A stretch of 62,449 nt of DNA, filler included, from Globobulimina sp. (Eukaryota), in assembly GCA_003354225.1 (NCBI GenBank). It is 32 parts of 32 records of this genome, joined end to end, with 100 filler letters (N's around TTAATTAATTAA, not from the genome) between each part and the next. Parts side by side here need not be neighbours in the genome. Positions count along the whole stretch, not along the records: positions 23,468 to 25,322 come from PIVH01011189.1; positions 25,423 to 27,277 come from PIVH01011190.1; positions 27,378 to 29,232 come from PIVH01011191.1; positions 29,333 to 31,186 come from PIVH01011192.1; positions 31,287 to 33,140 come from PIVH01011193.1; positions 33,241 to 35,094 come from PIVH01011194.1; 26 more parts are not named here. One strand, given 5' to 3'. Under the pieces are notes generated by a model. It had not been told where the DNA came from. It was given only the letters and a program-made list of their open reading frames with translations, and did no database searches. Position 1 is the first letter of the stretch; the number at the start of each line of letters is the position of its first letter. Positions 23,468-35,194 of this stretch are shown piece by piece. The position numbers and the translations under genes are program-made.

Positions 23468-24547
23468 TTATCCGTTTCTCCAAAATATTTAAATACTGTG
23501 TATAATAATGCAAGCCTATCATCTAAGATTAAAAACAGTAAATTAGATAATTTTACCATAGAAGAATCCATCGACATTGAGATACAACAAGAAACAATAC
23601 AAAATTCCACAAAATCAATGTCATTATTTGTTCCCGCAGATATTATAGACTGCATAATACATTTTTCTTTATCTCAAACGCAATTATTTGTTGAATTTAT
23701 CTCCAAACAAATCTATAACAATCTAAATATAATAGCAGTGCCCTTAAATATATGTCGCCACATTGCAACCTATCGTGGTGGTTATAGTTGGGATGGAGAA
23801 TTTTGGTGTTATCGCCATACGCATCCATTACATAAATATGCATATATGAACCGTGTGGTATATTGGTGTGGCAATCAAGATGTAATATATTGCAAATCGG
23901 ATGAATTTTGCTACGGGTCGCGATATTTTGTAAAGATCTTAATTGACCACAAAGAGGATGAGATGTGGTGCGGAATAATATTTCAAGATTTATCCAAATG
24001 GTCCTCATATTATCGAGAAATGCACCAAATTGCATATTATGGCGGAAGGCGAAGAACCACTGCTAACTTAAAAGAAAAGTTTAAACTGAAATATCCAAAA
24101 TTATTTAAAGATATTATGGTGGAATTAAAAGAGGAAGAACAGACTCAAAAATCGTTGGTGTTGGAAACGAATATGGTTGAAAATAAAAATGAAAATGCAT
24201 CTTTATGGGATATGGGCTTCGGAATAATTCAGGGAAGGGGCAAGTTGTTAAGTGATGTGTTGCCATGGTATGGGAGTGGTGATTGTATTGCGATATTGGT
24301 GGACACGCATGAAGGCGTTGTGTATTTCTTTAGAGAGCAGACATTGGTTTGGTTTATACGTGATGTTGAGATTAAAAATAAACACAACAAATGCAAAATA
24401 TTTGGCTGCACAGATTTAACCGATGATGCCTTGATTTATGAGAGAGTGCTATGGAATGATACGCGAGAAAAAGATTTACAAACACAAATTTCTAAAATCA
24501 AGAAACAAATAAACTCATATTGTAGCTCTTCATGGGATATTAATTAA
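23468..24547 (+). CDS. SPRY/B30.2-like domain protein
   Basis: EMWCGI; YGSGDCIAILVD...GVVYFFRE. Confidence 0.6.
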   Translation, partial: LSVSPKYLNTVYNNASLSSKIKNSKLDNFTIEESIDIEIQQETIQNSTKSMSLFVPADIIDCIIHFSLSQTQLFVEFISKQIYNNLNIIAVPLNICRHIATYRGGYSWDGEFWCYRHTHPLHKYAYMNRVVYWCGNQDVIYCKSDEFCYGSRYFVKILIDHKEDEMWCGIIFQDLSKWSSYYREMHQIAYYGGRRRTTANLKEKFKLKYPKLFKDIMVELKEEEQTQKSLVLETNMVENKNENASLWDMGFGIIQGRGKLLSDVLPWYGSGDCIAILVDTHEGVVYFFREQTLVWFIRDVEIKNKHNKCKIFGCTDLTDDALIYERVLWNDTREKDLQTQISKIKKQINSYCSSSWDIN

Positions 24548-24614
24548 GCTGTTCAGGCTGGAAATAAAAAAAGAAAATACAGCTGTCATATCTATGTACA
24601 TTTGAAATAATTAA

Positions 24615-25322
24615 TTAATATCTGTCAGAAAAGGTAGATTCTTTTGTTGCATCCAACAGAGGATGAACATCGAGATTCTTTTGTTTTTTATAGTCAAAAT
24701 ACGCAAACAAAGCCATCTCAATAATTATTATAATACATCCAATGATTATCACCCAAATGAAGGCAGTATCGGAGTGAGCTTCCTCTTCTTCGATCTCCCA
24801 AAGATCCGCAGTGCCAAATAACTGCATTGTCAACAATTTACTGATATTTTTAGTTCCACTCCAATCCGTCGGCTCAATCCAATTAACACACTCACTGTTT
24901 GGCATCCAATTATTCTCTCTGTCAATAAACGATTTCATCATCAAAAAGCCGCAAGTTTCAAATTGTTGCTGCGTTGAATTAATAATTGGCGACCGGAACA
25001 TTACAAAATGCGGTGTGTTTGGAACTGTATAATAATATCTATTCCACTCATTTGGCGCATCATCATTTATATTGGCATTGTATTGCTGTGCGGCATGAAG
25101 AGCCCACGAATGAGGTGTTTGAGGGTCTAAATTTCCATTTAATAATAACATTGGAATGGGCGGATCGGCAAACTCGCCGTACACGTCTTGGTTTGGTTCA
25201 TATCGATTCCATACATCCCACCAAACCCTGTAAGTCACCGATATTCCCGACGACACATAATATGCACCTTCTTCTTGTATCAATTGCTCCAAATCCTTTC
25301 CCGGAACATTGAAATCCAAACC
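24615..25322 (-). CDS. Alpha/beta-hydrolase (TAP-like C-terminus) with C-terminal TM, 5'-partial
   Basis: PMLLLNGNLDPQTP (Asp), VPNTPH (His), hydrophobic tail. Confidence 0.78.
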   Translation of the reverse strand, partial: GLDFNVPGKDLEQLIQEEGAYYVSSGISVTYRVWWDVWNRYEPNQDVYGEFADPPIPMLLLNGNLDPQTPHSWALHAAQQYNANINDDAPNEWNRYYYTVPNTPHFVMFRSPIINSTQQQFETCGFLMMKSFIDRENNWMPNSECVNWIEPTDWSGTKNISKLLTMQLFGTADLWEIEEEEAHSDTAFIWVIIIGCIIIIIEMALFAYFDYKKQKNLDVHPLLDATKESTFSDRY

Positions 25323-25422
25323 NNNNNNNNNNNNNNNNNNNNNNNNNNNNNNNNNNNNNNNNNNNNTTAATTAATTAANNNNNNNNNNNNNNNNNNNNNN
25401 NNNNNNNNNNNNNNNNNNNNNN

Positions 25423-27139
25423 GGGAAATCAGACCATCATTAACTGAAAAAAAATACATTCAATTATTACTAAGATTCTAAAACAGTGTATTATCGCATA
25501 CCTGTATTTAAGCGACACCGTTTTTGAGTTCTTCTATAATGGAGTAATATAGCATCTTTGGTCTTTGCAGAGCTGAAGTCGCGATATGATGGATCGACAC
25601 AAGCCTCTGCCGGTGGTGGTGATTTGGGCTTTATTTTCTCTCCCCAACCATGTTTTTCAATTACATTTAATTCCATTAATTTTCTAGCCCATTCCTTGAT
25701 GTCAACTGTGCTACAAAGAAAAAATAATACATTTTATGTACATATATTCTGTATGTACATTCACTTACTCAAATTCCCAAGTTAACATCATGGATGATAT
25801 ATCTGAGCCAGCTATGGCATCCATTTGAGCATACCCTATATCCTCCTCTGATGGATCAGCACTGGAAAAATTAGCATCAGGATTAAATTCAGTCATGTGA
25901 ATTCCACATTTGGCTGCAACCGACTTTAGGCCTTGTGGAAGTGGACCTAAAATGAATCGAATAAGGAATGAGTAAAAAATATCACTTTAACAAATGTACC
26001 GTTAGGACCAAGGCTTTGAAAGTTCAAGGTCATTGCCAATCGGTTTAATTCAATCCACCCAACCAAGTCTATTCCAAATTGTGACATAAGAGGTACCCGG
26101 TCACTATCTGCATTGCTGAGAACCTTGAATATATTTCTATCTTTTAAAACAGCTCCGATTTTCTTTAATCGTTTTGTGGCAGGACTTGTGTCGTTAGAAT
26201 GTAGAATTGACTTCAGATCAATTCCACTTACTCGAAGGTAAACGCCCTGTAATAATAGCGATTTTGTTGTAAATAACCAGTGTAACATATACTACTGAGT
26301 TCTGAATAAGGATAGATATTTAACATGACAAAAACTATGGTAACGGATGATTAAACAATCTGCTAATGTAAACAATATATAGTAACATACCCAACCACGA
26401 GCAGCAAGTTGAATCGTACAAATTGGACCAAATTCTGACTGGCGCGTATTGTTTAATTTTGGAGCCAACATGCCACTACTAAGCCGTTTCCCTCTGGCCT
26501 TGTTCGGGTTTAACATATCGTCCAACAATTTTTGTTCGGCATTTCTTCTTTCCTCGACAGTAGTATGTGGGTACTTCTCCAGTGCAGACTTCAATTGACT
26601 GAATGCTGGGTGAGTCAGTGTATCAGAAAGATCTATGAGAGTTTTCCGTAACTCTTTTAATCTTTCATTATGCTCTAACCATTTCTCAGACTTGTACTTG
26701 TTTTGCTCCTTCTTTTTATCGTGATATGCTATTTGAATCCTTGTCGAACTATAGAAAAATATTAATATAGCAAAGATTGTGAAAATCGATTTTTCTCACT
26801 TACATAATACTACTTAATAATTTACGGAAATTAGCTCTTTCCGTGTCCACACCCAGTACCACAGCTGAGTATGCATACATGGTCAAAAATATGTCAAAAT
26901 CTTTGGATATGTCTGTACCATCCTGCAAATCTCTCAGCGGATCCAGAATGACAATACTTTTTATGATTTGGCCAAAGTTTCGAAAAGTATTGAACATACT
27001 AGCCTCATTATCAAGATAGTACTTTATTGGCTCAACTGAAATTTAGAAAATATCAAATGAATGTTTTTCTAACTAAAGAACTCATCATCATATTACCGAG
27101 CGAAGCGATGATACAAACAGCTAATTCATTTGAATCCAT
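25423..27139 (-). CDS. Multi-exon gene of unknown function
   Basis: Several short same-strand ORFs separated by ~50-110-nt AT-rich GT..AG segments, one ending TTTCAG. Exact exon chain not fully resolved. Confidence 0.5.
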
Positions 27140-27431
27140 TTCTACCTATAATATATATATTTATCTGTTCAAAATCGTATCTCCATGAAATCTGATTAAT
27201 ATAGTATTGAATGTTAAATTGTGTAAAATCTCTTCTTTATGTTATGATAGCTTTGGACAGTATATGCATTTATTGAANNNNNNNNNNNNNNNNNNNNNNN
27301 NNNNNNNNNNNNNNNNNNNNNTTAATTAATTAANNNNNNNNNNNNNNNNNNNNNNNNNNNNNNNNNNNNNNNNNNNNTTTAATAAATTGCAGATGATATT
27401 ACAAGGAATGGATAACATACAAACACTGTGA

Positions 27432-28925
27432 GTGTGGCAAAAGCGTTTATTATTCCGCGAATTATCTGAAATTCCCTCCCGAGGAGTACAGGTTTGTACG
27501 TCTGAAAAGGAAACTTTTTTCCGCATATTTGAGAGTTTGCTCGCCGGCGATGTTGTTATATTTCAAGTAAACCCCAAACATCCATACTTTTCAAACGTAT
27601 TTGGCCGCAGCAATGATATTAATTTTAATACTGATTCGTCGAAGGATGATTTTGATAAATTGGAGCTACCAAATAATTCATTTTTTAACTTCGAGAGACA
27701 ATATTCTGAGCGCGGATTGCCACTGTTTTCCACTGCTCCGTTATATTGCAGACACCGACAGCAATTCAAAAATGTTAAACTCATTTATCGCCATGGCCAT
27801 AAATGGGAAAATGTTTTATTATCAATCTTAAAATTCAACACAAATAAACATATCGCAGCAAAATATCATAAATCGTCCTTTAATATGTCGATGAATCTCA
27901 ATCAGAGCTATGGCGGAATCAGGCAACAGATTGGCTTTATTTATGGCATTAATTGCAAATATATCGGGATATGGATCCCTTGCTCCGTCGTGTTTGACTC
28001 CTTTGACTATACCGCCTGTTTCCGAGGTGTTTGGCGTGATACAATCAAATCATTCGCGAGATCAAATCATGACATATTGCCGATTAAATGGGAAATTTGT
28101 GGCTATTCCACAGTAAAATATGACGAAATTGTCGTGTCAGAATTGGATGAAATGCAAACATTGCATACACATGGTATGGTGGGGGATAATGGGGACATTA
28201 ATTGCATTGATTATGGACCAAATGAAGCTATCTACCGAGTGGTCATTGTGTCGCCAGATACGACTGAGAATAATAAATATGTGGATGTTATTTTTGGCAA
28301 AGGATTTAAAGTGAATTTGTTCATTAAACATGTGTTGTTAACAATATTTAAACAGGCAATATTATCGGATGAATATGTCGGGATTTTTGGGGATGTGTCG
28401 TATGAGAATTTGGATGTGATTAATAATCAGTTTGTGTTGTTGGCAGAAAATGAATCAATTGTGTTATTTGGACATGACAGATGGTGCTTTCCTGCGGAAA
28501 ATAGCGTTTCTGATATTAATAACAATGTTTTTACGCTCGTGTTGTTAGGAAATGAGGAAAAATTTAATTTATCGTTTGTTAAACTCAGTAAGTTGCCGAA
28601 AAATAATGAATATGAAACAAAGGCGATGATAATTAAATTTTGGAAATATGTAAAGGATAAAAATCAAATTTGTGGGAAGATATTGAGAATAAAAGTTGCT
28701 GCGGATGAAAATTTAAAAGATATAATTTCAAATAAATTGCATACTAATTGTAATCAAGAGAAAACATTTAAATTTTATTTATGTGGCTCAAGTAATAACA
28801 AAGCAAAACCTGAAACTCTTGGAACAGAAATTGAATATCAAAATTATCAGTTTTTTTATCCGTTTACTATTTTATTACAGGATATTAATGCATCGCTTAA
28901 TGTGTTGTACACCTTTAAATATTGA
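27432..28925 (+). CDS. Hypothetical protein, probably 5'-partial
   Basis: 497-aa open frame in AT-rich DNA; no motif recognised. Confidence 0.7.
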   Translation: MWQKRLLFRELSEIPSRGVQVCTSEKETFFRIFESLLAGDVVIFQVNPKHPYFSNVFGRSNDINFNTDSSKDDFDKLELPNNSFFNFERQYSERGLPLFSTAPLYCRHRQQFKNVKLIYRHGHKWENVLLSILKFNTNKHIAAKYHKSSFNMSMNLNQSYGGIRQQIGFIYGINCKYIGIWIPCSVVFDSFDYTACFRGVWRDTIKSFARSNHDILPIKWEICGYSTVKYDEIVVSELDEMQTLHTHGMVGDNGDINCIDYGPNEAIYRVVIVSPDTTENNKYVDVIFGKGFKVNLFIKHVLLTIFKQAILSDEYVGIFGDVSYENLDVINNQFVLLAENESIVLFGHDRWCFPAENSVSDINNNVFTLVLLGNEEKFNLSFVKLSKLPKNNEYETKAMIIKFWKYVKDKNQICGKILRIKVAADENLKDIISNKLHTNCNQEKTFKFYLCGSSNNKAKPETLGTEIEYQNYQFFYPFTILLQDINASLNVLYTFKY

Positions 28926-29066
28926 TTGTATAATAATTGGTTATATTTTGTAATAATTTTTTTAGCAAACACATATTTGGCACACGTACTTTTTATACAA
29001 CTGACAACGTCCGTAAACTCGATAGCGAACAAAAAGGGTTTTTTTTAAGAAAACGAGGTTCCAACC

Positions 29067-29232
29067 ATGTCAACGTTCGAATATGAACCACTCCTCGCCA
29101 CAAACAACAATGTGCGTCGCAGCAAGAGTAACACTGCGGAAACAACCACAACCATCAAAACATATCTATGCAGAGCCAGAATAGTGTTATTTTGCATAGT
29201 ATCATTGATAAGTGCAGCGATAATCATTTGTG
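29067..29232 (+). CDS. N-terminus of a type II or multi-pass membrane protein
   Basis: MSTFEYEPLL (dileucine-like sorting motif) followed by a TM helix. Confidence 0.55.
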
Positions 29233-29332
29233 NNNNNNNNNNNNNNNNNNNNNNNNNNNNNNNNNNNNNNNNNNNNTTAATTAATTAANNNNNNNNNNNN
29301 NNNNNNNNNNNNNNNNNNNNNNNNNNNNNNNN

Positions 29333-29493
29333 TGGATATGTGTCTTGGTGAAATTAGGAAATTAACAATACCCTCTGATATGGGCTATGGTGATGGCGGA
29401 AGCCCTCCAAAGATCCCTGGTGGCGCCACATTGGTTTTTGAGGTCGAATTACTTGATATTACCAATAGAAAAGCTCCAAAACAAGAAGTATAA
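29333..29493 (+). CDS. FKBP-type peptidyl-prolyl isomerase C-terminus (FKBP2/13-like); absent from the ORF track
   Basis: [42 protein letters not shown]...KQEV*. Confidence 0.93.
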
Positions 29494-29532
29494 AACAATC
29501 TAACTTCTAAGTGCAAGGACAATAAACAAACA

Positions 29533-29910
29533 TTACTGCGCTTTCTTATTTTTAACAACTTTGTCAAGGTCATCTTGCTTTGATTTATTCAGTATAGAAA
29601 TTCCTATCAAAATTAAACATGTTCCAGTGAACCATTTCCAAGTCAAGATCTCGTTGAATAATAAGTATCCAATGATTGCAGTCATGCAACATTCAATTGC
29701 TTTTATTAAAAAGGTTGCTTGTACAGAACCAACTTGTTGCATGTATTCAACAAATAGAGATAACCCGAATGTATTGAATCCAATGGATGCTGTTACTAAT
29801 ATTATTTGATACAGTAAAATTGTTCCATCTGAAAATGCATATTTTGCGAGGGTTCCACCTGTTGCAGCACACATTGCAGCAAGTAAACATATTGGTACAT
29901 TCTGCATCAT
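29533..29910 (-). CDS. TMEM42/EamA-like small DMT membrane protein
   Basis: AATGGTLAKYAF, GSVQAT, TAIIGYLLFNE.L..KWFTG..LI.IG. Confidence 0.8.
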   Translation of the reverse strand: MMQNVPICLLAAMCAATGGTLAKYAFSDGTILLYQIILVTASIGFNTFGLSLFVEYMQQVGSVQATFLIKAIECCMTAIIGYLLFNEILTWKWFTGTCLILIGISILNKSKQDDLDKVVKNKKAQ

Positions 29911-29969
29911 TCTGTTTTTAAAAAAACTCTTTGCTACATATATAGTGAGCGAAATTAAACTTTAATACC

Positions 29970-30806
29970 ATGGCTTTTTTGTACATAGCCTCCTTTATTT
30001 TAGCGAACTGTGTTTCATTGGCATCAGCTACAAATGCAAACCAGACACGAAAACATCAAATTTACACTTCAATCAATGATACAATCGGAATTTATCATGG
30101 ATATGATGTGTTATGGGGTTCATTTCCATTCATTATTTTAATATTTGACACAGAATACAACACTCCATGTTGTGGTGGTACAATCATCCAACTAGTCCCA
30201 AGAAGTGTTATTTTAACGGCAGCACATTGTGTAGCAAATTGTAGATATCCTGAAGTGGTACACGTTGGCTGTCAAGGCGCATATTGTAGCAATGCAGAAG
30301 TTGTAGAATATAGAATTGCGGACTGGAATATAATTCCATTTTATTCCGCATCAAGCCCAGATTATGATGTTGCTTTGGCGTATATTGATGGAATAATTGT
30401 GTCTCCCTCCAATGTGGATGTAATTCCATTGTATACTGGTCCCGCATTGACGAGTGGTGCAATTTTGGAGGTTTTAGGATATGGTAAAACAGATGAAGAG
30501 GAATATGCGACCTCATTGCAATCTGGAATTGAACATTATATGATTCAGAGTATTTGTGAGGATTTGATGGAATGGTGGACCGCTCCTCTTACCGCGAGGA
30601 TGTTTTGTATGAGGTCGCATGTGCAAGACACAGCCGTTTGTATGGGCGATAGTGGCTCTCCAGTAATGTTTTCATATCAAAACGAAAGATATCAGGTTGG
30701 AATTGTTTCGTGGGGAATGGGTCAAAGCTGCAGCGGAGCTCTACCGCAGGTTCAAGCTAATTTGGAAAATAATAACATTAAAACTTGGATTGCAAGCAAT
30801 GTTTGA
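29970..30806 (+). CDS. Secreted trypsin-like serine protease (S1)
   Basis: Signal peptide; CGGTII, LTAAHC, DVAL, CMGDSGSP, GIVSWG. Confidence 0.95.
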   Translation: MAFLYIASFILANCVSLASATNANQTRKHQIYTSINDTIGIYHGYDVLWGSFPFIILIFDTEYNTPCCGGTIIQLVPRSVILTAAHCVANCRYPEVVHVGCQGAYCSNAEVVEYRIADWNIIPFYSASSPDYDVALAYIDGIIVSPSNVDVIPLYTGPALTSGAILEVLGYGKTDEEEYATSLQSGIEHYMIQSICEDLMEWWTAPLTARMFCMRSHVQDTAVCMGDSGSPVMFSYQNERYQVGIVSWGMGQSCSGALPQVQANLENNNIKTWIASNV

Positions 30807-30882
30807 TTGTTACTTTACATTTTTTTTTATTTAATCCTCGCGCGCATTTTAAGATTTTGAGTAGAAAACTGGAACTAAAGGA

Positions 30883-31186
30883 ATGAATGAAGAAAGCAAA
30901 GTAAATTCGTTGCCGACTGTGTTGATTACTGGAGCATCTCGAGGAATTGGTAGAAGTATAGCAATACATTTATCATTATCTGGAAAATATAAATTAGCTT
31001 TATTGTCACGTAATGTTTCAAAATTAAATGAAACAATAAATTTATGTAAAAATGTGAATAGCAATGTACAAATATTACCATTAAAATGTGATATCAATAA
31101 TACAAATGCATTAAAACAATGCATTCGAAAATGTGCTGATGAATTTGGTCCATATGCCGTATTAATAAATAATGCAGGAATATATG
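30883..31186 (+). CDS. Short-chain dehydrogenase/reductase, 3'-partial
   Basis: VLITGASRGIG, CDI, LINNAGI. Confidence 0.92.
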
Positions 31187-31306
31187 NNNNNNNNNNNNNN
31201 NNNNNNNNNNNNNNNNNNNNNNNNNNNNNNTTAATTAATTAANNNNNNNNNNNNNNNNNNNNNNNNNNNNNNNNNNNNNNNNNNNNATTTATCTATGTAC
31301 AAACAG

Positions 31307-32528
31307 TGCGACTGCATTATCCACGATGTTGTTGTTGCGTGACTTGGCCAGGAAAGACAAAAAAACCGTAATCGCCTGCATCCATCAGCCATCCTCGCAA
31401 ATAATCGATGTGATTGACAGAATATTGATATTGGCCAAAGGCGAAGTAGTGTATGAAGGCAAAATGAATGATTTACACGAATATTTAAGAAAGATGGACT
31501 ATGAATGTCCACAGTATTGCAACATTGCTGATTATGTAGTTCAACAAATTGCTCTTCGACCGGATTATTTCCTACGTGAATGGGAGCGGTATTCTCTTGA
31601 TCTGATTCTCAAACCACAACGTTTTCAACATCGACAATTAAGTACAGCCTCGCAAATAATGCAAACTGTTCCTCAGCCAAAACAAATGATTTCTTTTTGG
31701 CCACAAATTCCAATTTTATTCAAAAGAGAGTTTAAAATATTTATCAGAGACAAAGCAGCCACAAATGTTAGTATTGGGAGCATGCTGTTTGTTTTTATAT
31801 TACTTGGTTTGTTATGGTGGCAGCTAACACCAGTCAACGAAATGGATTCTATCATTAATCCGACGGATGTGGCAGAAAACGTACGTAACAGAACTGGCGT
31901 ATTGTACTTAGCAATGGCGTTCTGCGGAATGGGTGCTATCTCAATGGCTGTGCAGATATTTCCTGAACAAAGTTTGATTTTTGAAAAAGAAAGAAGCAGT
32001 AATTGGTATTATTCGTCTGCATGGGTGTTGGCAAGGACTTTAATTGAAGTTCCGACGGTATTTATACTAAGTATCTTACCGGCGATAATGGTAAAATATA
32101 TGGTTGGATTACATGCGAATTTGATATATTTGTATGTTACGCTGGTTGGAATAACATTGACTTGTGACTCCATCGGTTTTTTGTTGGGCTGTTTTTCTCG
32201 AAGTCAACAAGAAGCAGCACAGTTACAACCGCTTATAGTTTTGCCATTGATGTTGTTTTCAGGTTTTTATGTTTCTGTAGATGTCATACCAGTCTTTTTA
32301 AGATGGATAAAGTGGATTGATATATTTTATTATGGATCTGAGCTGATGTTTGTTATGGAATTCTCTGGTCTCAAAGATGTAAATGGTTTGGATGTTGGAA
32401 ATGCTTTCCTACAAACAATGGATATGCATTCTTCAAATACATATCGGGATATTTATGCTTTAATCATTGCATTCTTTGTCTGTCGGGTTTTGTCAATCGC
32501 CTATTTATTCTATAAAAATGGTAAATAA
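31307..32528 (+). CDS. ABCG (white-like) half transporter, last exon
   Basis: TVIACIHQPSS, FEKERSSNWY, PLMLFSGFYV....IP.FLRWI; AG acceptor at 31305-31306. Confidence 0.93.
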
Positions 32529-32695
32529 TTGATTGATTGGTTAAGTGTGAACTTATTTAAATTAAATTCATAAGCATGTATATCGAATATCGATATAACT
32601 CTGGCATAAAGTTGCGTGTAAAAAGTGCACTTTTGCCTTACGATAACTCGGGCGAGTCGCTCGACCAAACCACCAAATAATAATAATTTTATTAT

Positions 32696-33140
32696 TTGTC
32701 CCTGGGCTTTGATTATTATTCTCCAGGTTTCAATAATAATAATAATAATAAAATAGCTTTCCTAAGACAGAAATTTAACCAAGACCAGTACCATAAAACA
32801 GATATAATTGATAATACCTACTACCAAATGTTCCAAGATATTGCAGTAAGTGGAATAAGCGAAAAAGAGTCACATCAGAGGATAATAGAAATACTCTTAG
32901 GAACACACATAGACCCGGACCTCAAAAAAGGAGCGACCATGCAAGTTAAGAAAATGTTGGCATCACACCTGTATTTACTAACAACACTAAATAAAACGAT
33001 ACCCATACCAACGCCGCCAGATGAAATAACAACAATACAAGTAGATAATGAAAAAATTCAAATATTTAAGCAAGATGTAGAAGCAGGGAAAATAGTAGTA
33101 AGACAAATATACAACAACCAAGCACTATATACCAATATAA
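32696..33140 (+). CDS. Hypothetical ORF, 3'-partial (A-rich, possibly retroelement-derived)
   Basis: Open to the contig end; strand bias differs from the neighbouring gene. Confidence 0.35.
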
Positions 33141-33376
33141 NNNNNNNNNNNNNNNNNNNNNNNNNNNNNNNNNNNNNNNNNNNNTTAATTAATTAANNNN
33201 NNNNNNNNNNNNNNNNNNNNNNNNNNNNNNNNNNNNNNNNATTTTTCAAATGACTTTTTGACTATGTATTATGGTCAAGGGAGGAGTGGAATGAGTACTT
33301 TTAATTAATCCACGCTCCCAGCAGGCAATTGACTAAGTGTTTTTCAAGTTGGTAAGTATTAGTAGCTAAGAAAAAG

Positions 33377-35094
33377 TTAGTTTACAGGTGTCAATTGAAG
33401 GACTGTTTTCCAAATTGCAACTTGAGTCACTAAGTCTAGTGGCTCCTTAATGTCTTGAGGTCGACGGATGGTGTAGGGATAAAATAGGTTCTCTATATTT
33501 ATCTCGTCATTGTTACAAAATCCATTCCATATTTCGCATAGCGTTACTTTCATTCGTTTCCTTTGATGAATATACCTAGGGCAATCTAGCAGGTAATGGC
33601 GAATGGATTCTATAGATTGGGAATCACAATTGGCGCAATTTGGAGATGTTATTATTGCTTTATCGGTATCTTTGAATTTATGCTTGAATAGGAATGAATT
33701 CAGTTCGATATGTCCTGATATTAATCTATTAATTAAAGCAGCTTCGTCTCTGTTCATTTGTTTGATTATTATATTCAATTTATTATTCAGTATCGGATTC
33801 ATTTTATACATTCCATAGCTATCCTGGCTTGGTTGGGTGTCTCTATTTCGCCACAATTCCTGCCATTGATATTTGATTCGATTATGGAGCTGAGTGACTG
33901 TTGTGTTATATGTGATTGTGCTGTATAGGTTTGGGTCATATTTAGTATGCTTTGCTGCAAATTTGGCCATTAAATCAACAGCATCATTATGGATATTATT
34001 ACTGTGTATGTTCAAGCTCAGTGCCTTCATGGTACTGTCATGTTGGCAGAGATTATACGCAATTAACAGCGGGTTCCGTCGGAGGTTAGCAAATTTATTT
34101 GAGACATTATTGCGTTTCCGACGGTAATTATGGGATTGAATAGTATGGATTCTTTTGGTAAGGTTTAGGAATGTTTTATGGAGTGGATGGTATGCATTAT
34201 TATAGTATGCGCGGGCGAGCTGTCTGATTGTGAGGTATTCAGCCCGTCGCTCAATGGGTTCAATTTTCAGCAGATATTGGATGATATCCATTGGTGAATC
34301 GAGCCTGCATGGAATTGCAAGGCGGAGGAACTTATTTTGAATGATTTTGAGTGAGTTGGAATTATCATAGGGATGGTAGTGGGTGATGCCATATTCCATT
34401 CTGGATCGCGCCAAGGATTTATATAGAATGGAAATGGACATTGGCGTTAATTTAACACCGGATTTAATTGTAAAGAACAGGCGCCAGTAACTATTGATTG
34501 ATTTGGCTTTAATTCGGGCAATATGTGCTTTGAAGTTCAGTTTTTCATCGAACCACAGCCCAAGATATCTTATGACCGGTTCGTATTTTATTGGAGTGGA
34601 GTTGATTTTATATTTACTAATACGGATTAATTTATTTGTGTGTGGGTCAGTGATCGATGTGGATTTGGGATGGAAATTCAAGGATTTGCTATGAGATATG
34701 TTCATGGAAGAGCATTTTGATGGATTTAACATCAGCTGCCATTTATTACACCATTCACAGAAATTATTTACTTCATTTTGTAGGAATTTATATCTGATTG
34801 GATCTTTTGAGCCTGGCGAAGTCCAGAAAGCGGTGTCATCCGCAAAGCAGGCAAAATTCACATAATTTGGATATTTGACAATGTAATCGTTTGTAAACAT
34901 TAAAGCAGCTTCGTCTCTGTTCATTTGTTTGATTATTTTATTCAATTTATTATTCAGTATCGGATTCATTTTATACATTCCATAGCTATCCTGCCTTGGT
35001 TGGGTGTCTCTATTTCGCCACAATTCCTGCCATTGATATTTGATTCGATTATGGAGCTGAGTGACTGTTGTGTTATATGTGATTGTGCTGTATA
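33377..35094 (-). mobile_element. Non-LTR retrotransposon ORF2 3' part (RT C-terminus, RNase H remnant, CCHC), rearranged
   Basis: FTND, FADDTA, WQLMLNPSKC, RYLGLWFDEKLNF..HI, YKSLARSRMEYG, HNDAVDLMAK, CANC..ESIRHYLLDC. Confidence 0.9.
33732..35094. repeat. 196-bp direct repeat (33732-33927 and 34899-35094)
   Basis: Near-identical copies with two amino-acid-changing differences (S/R, I/K). Confidence 0.92.
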
Positions 35095-35194
35095 NNNNNN
35101 NNNNNNNNNNNNNNNNNNNNNNNNNNNNNNNNNNNNNNTTAATTAATTAANNNNNNNNNNNNNNNNNNNNNNNNNNNNNNNNNNNNNNNNNNNN

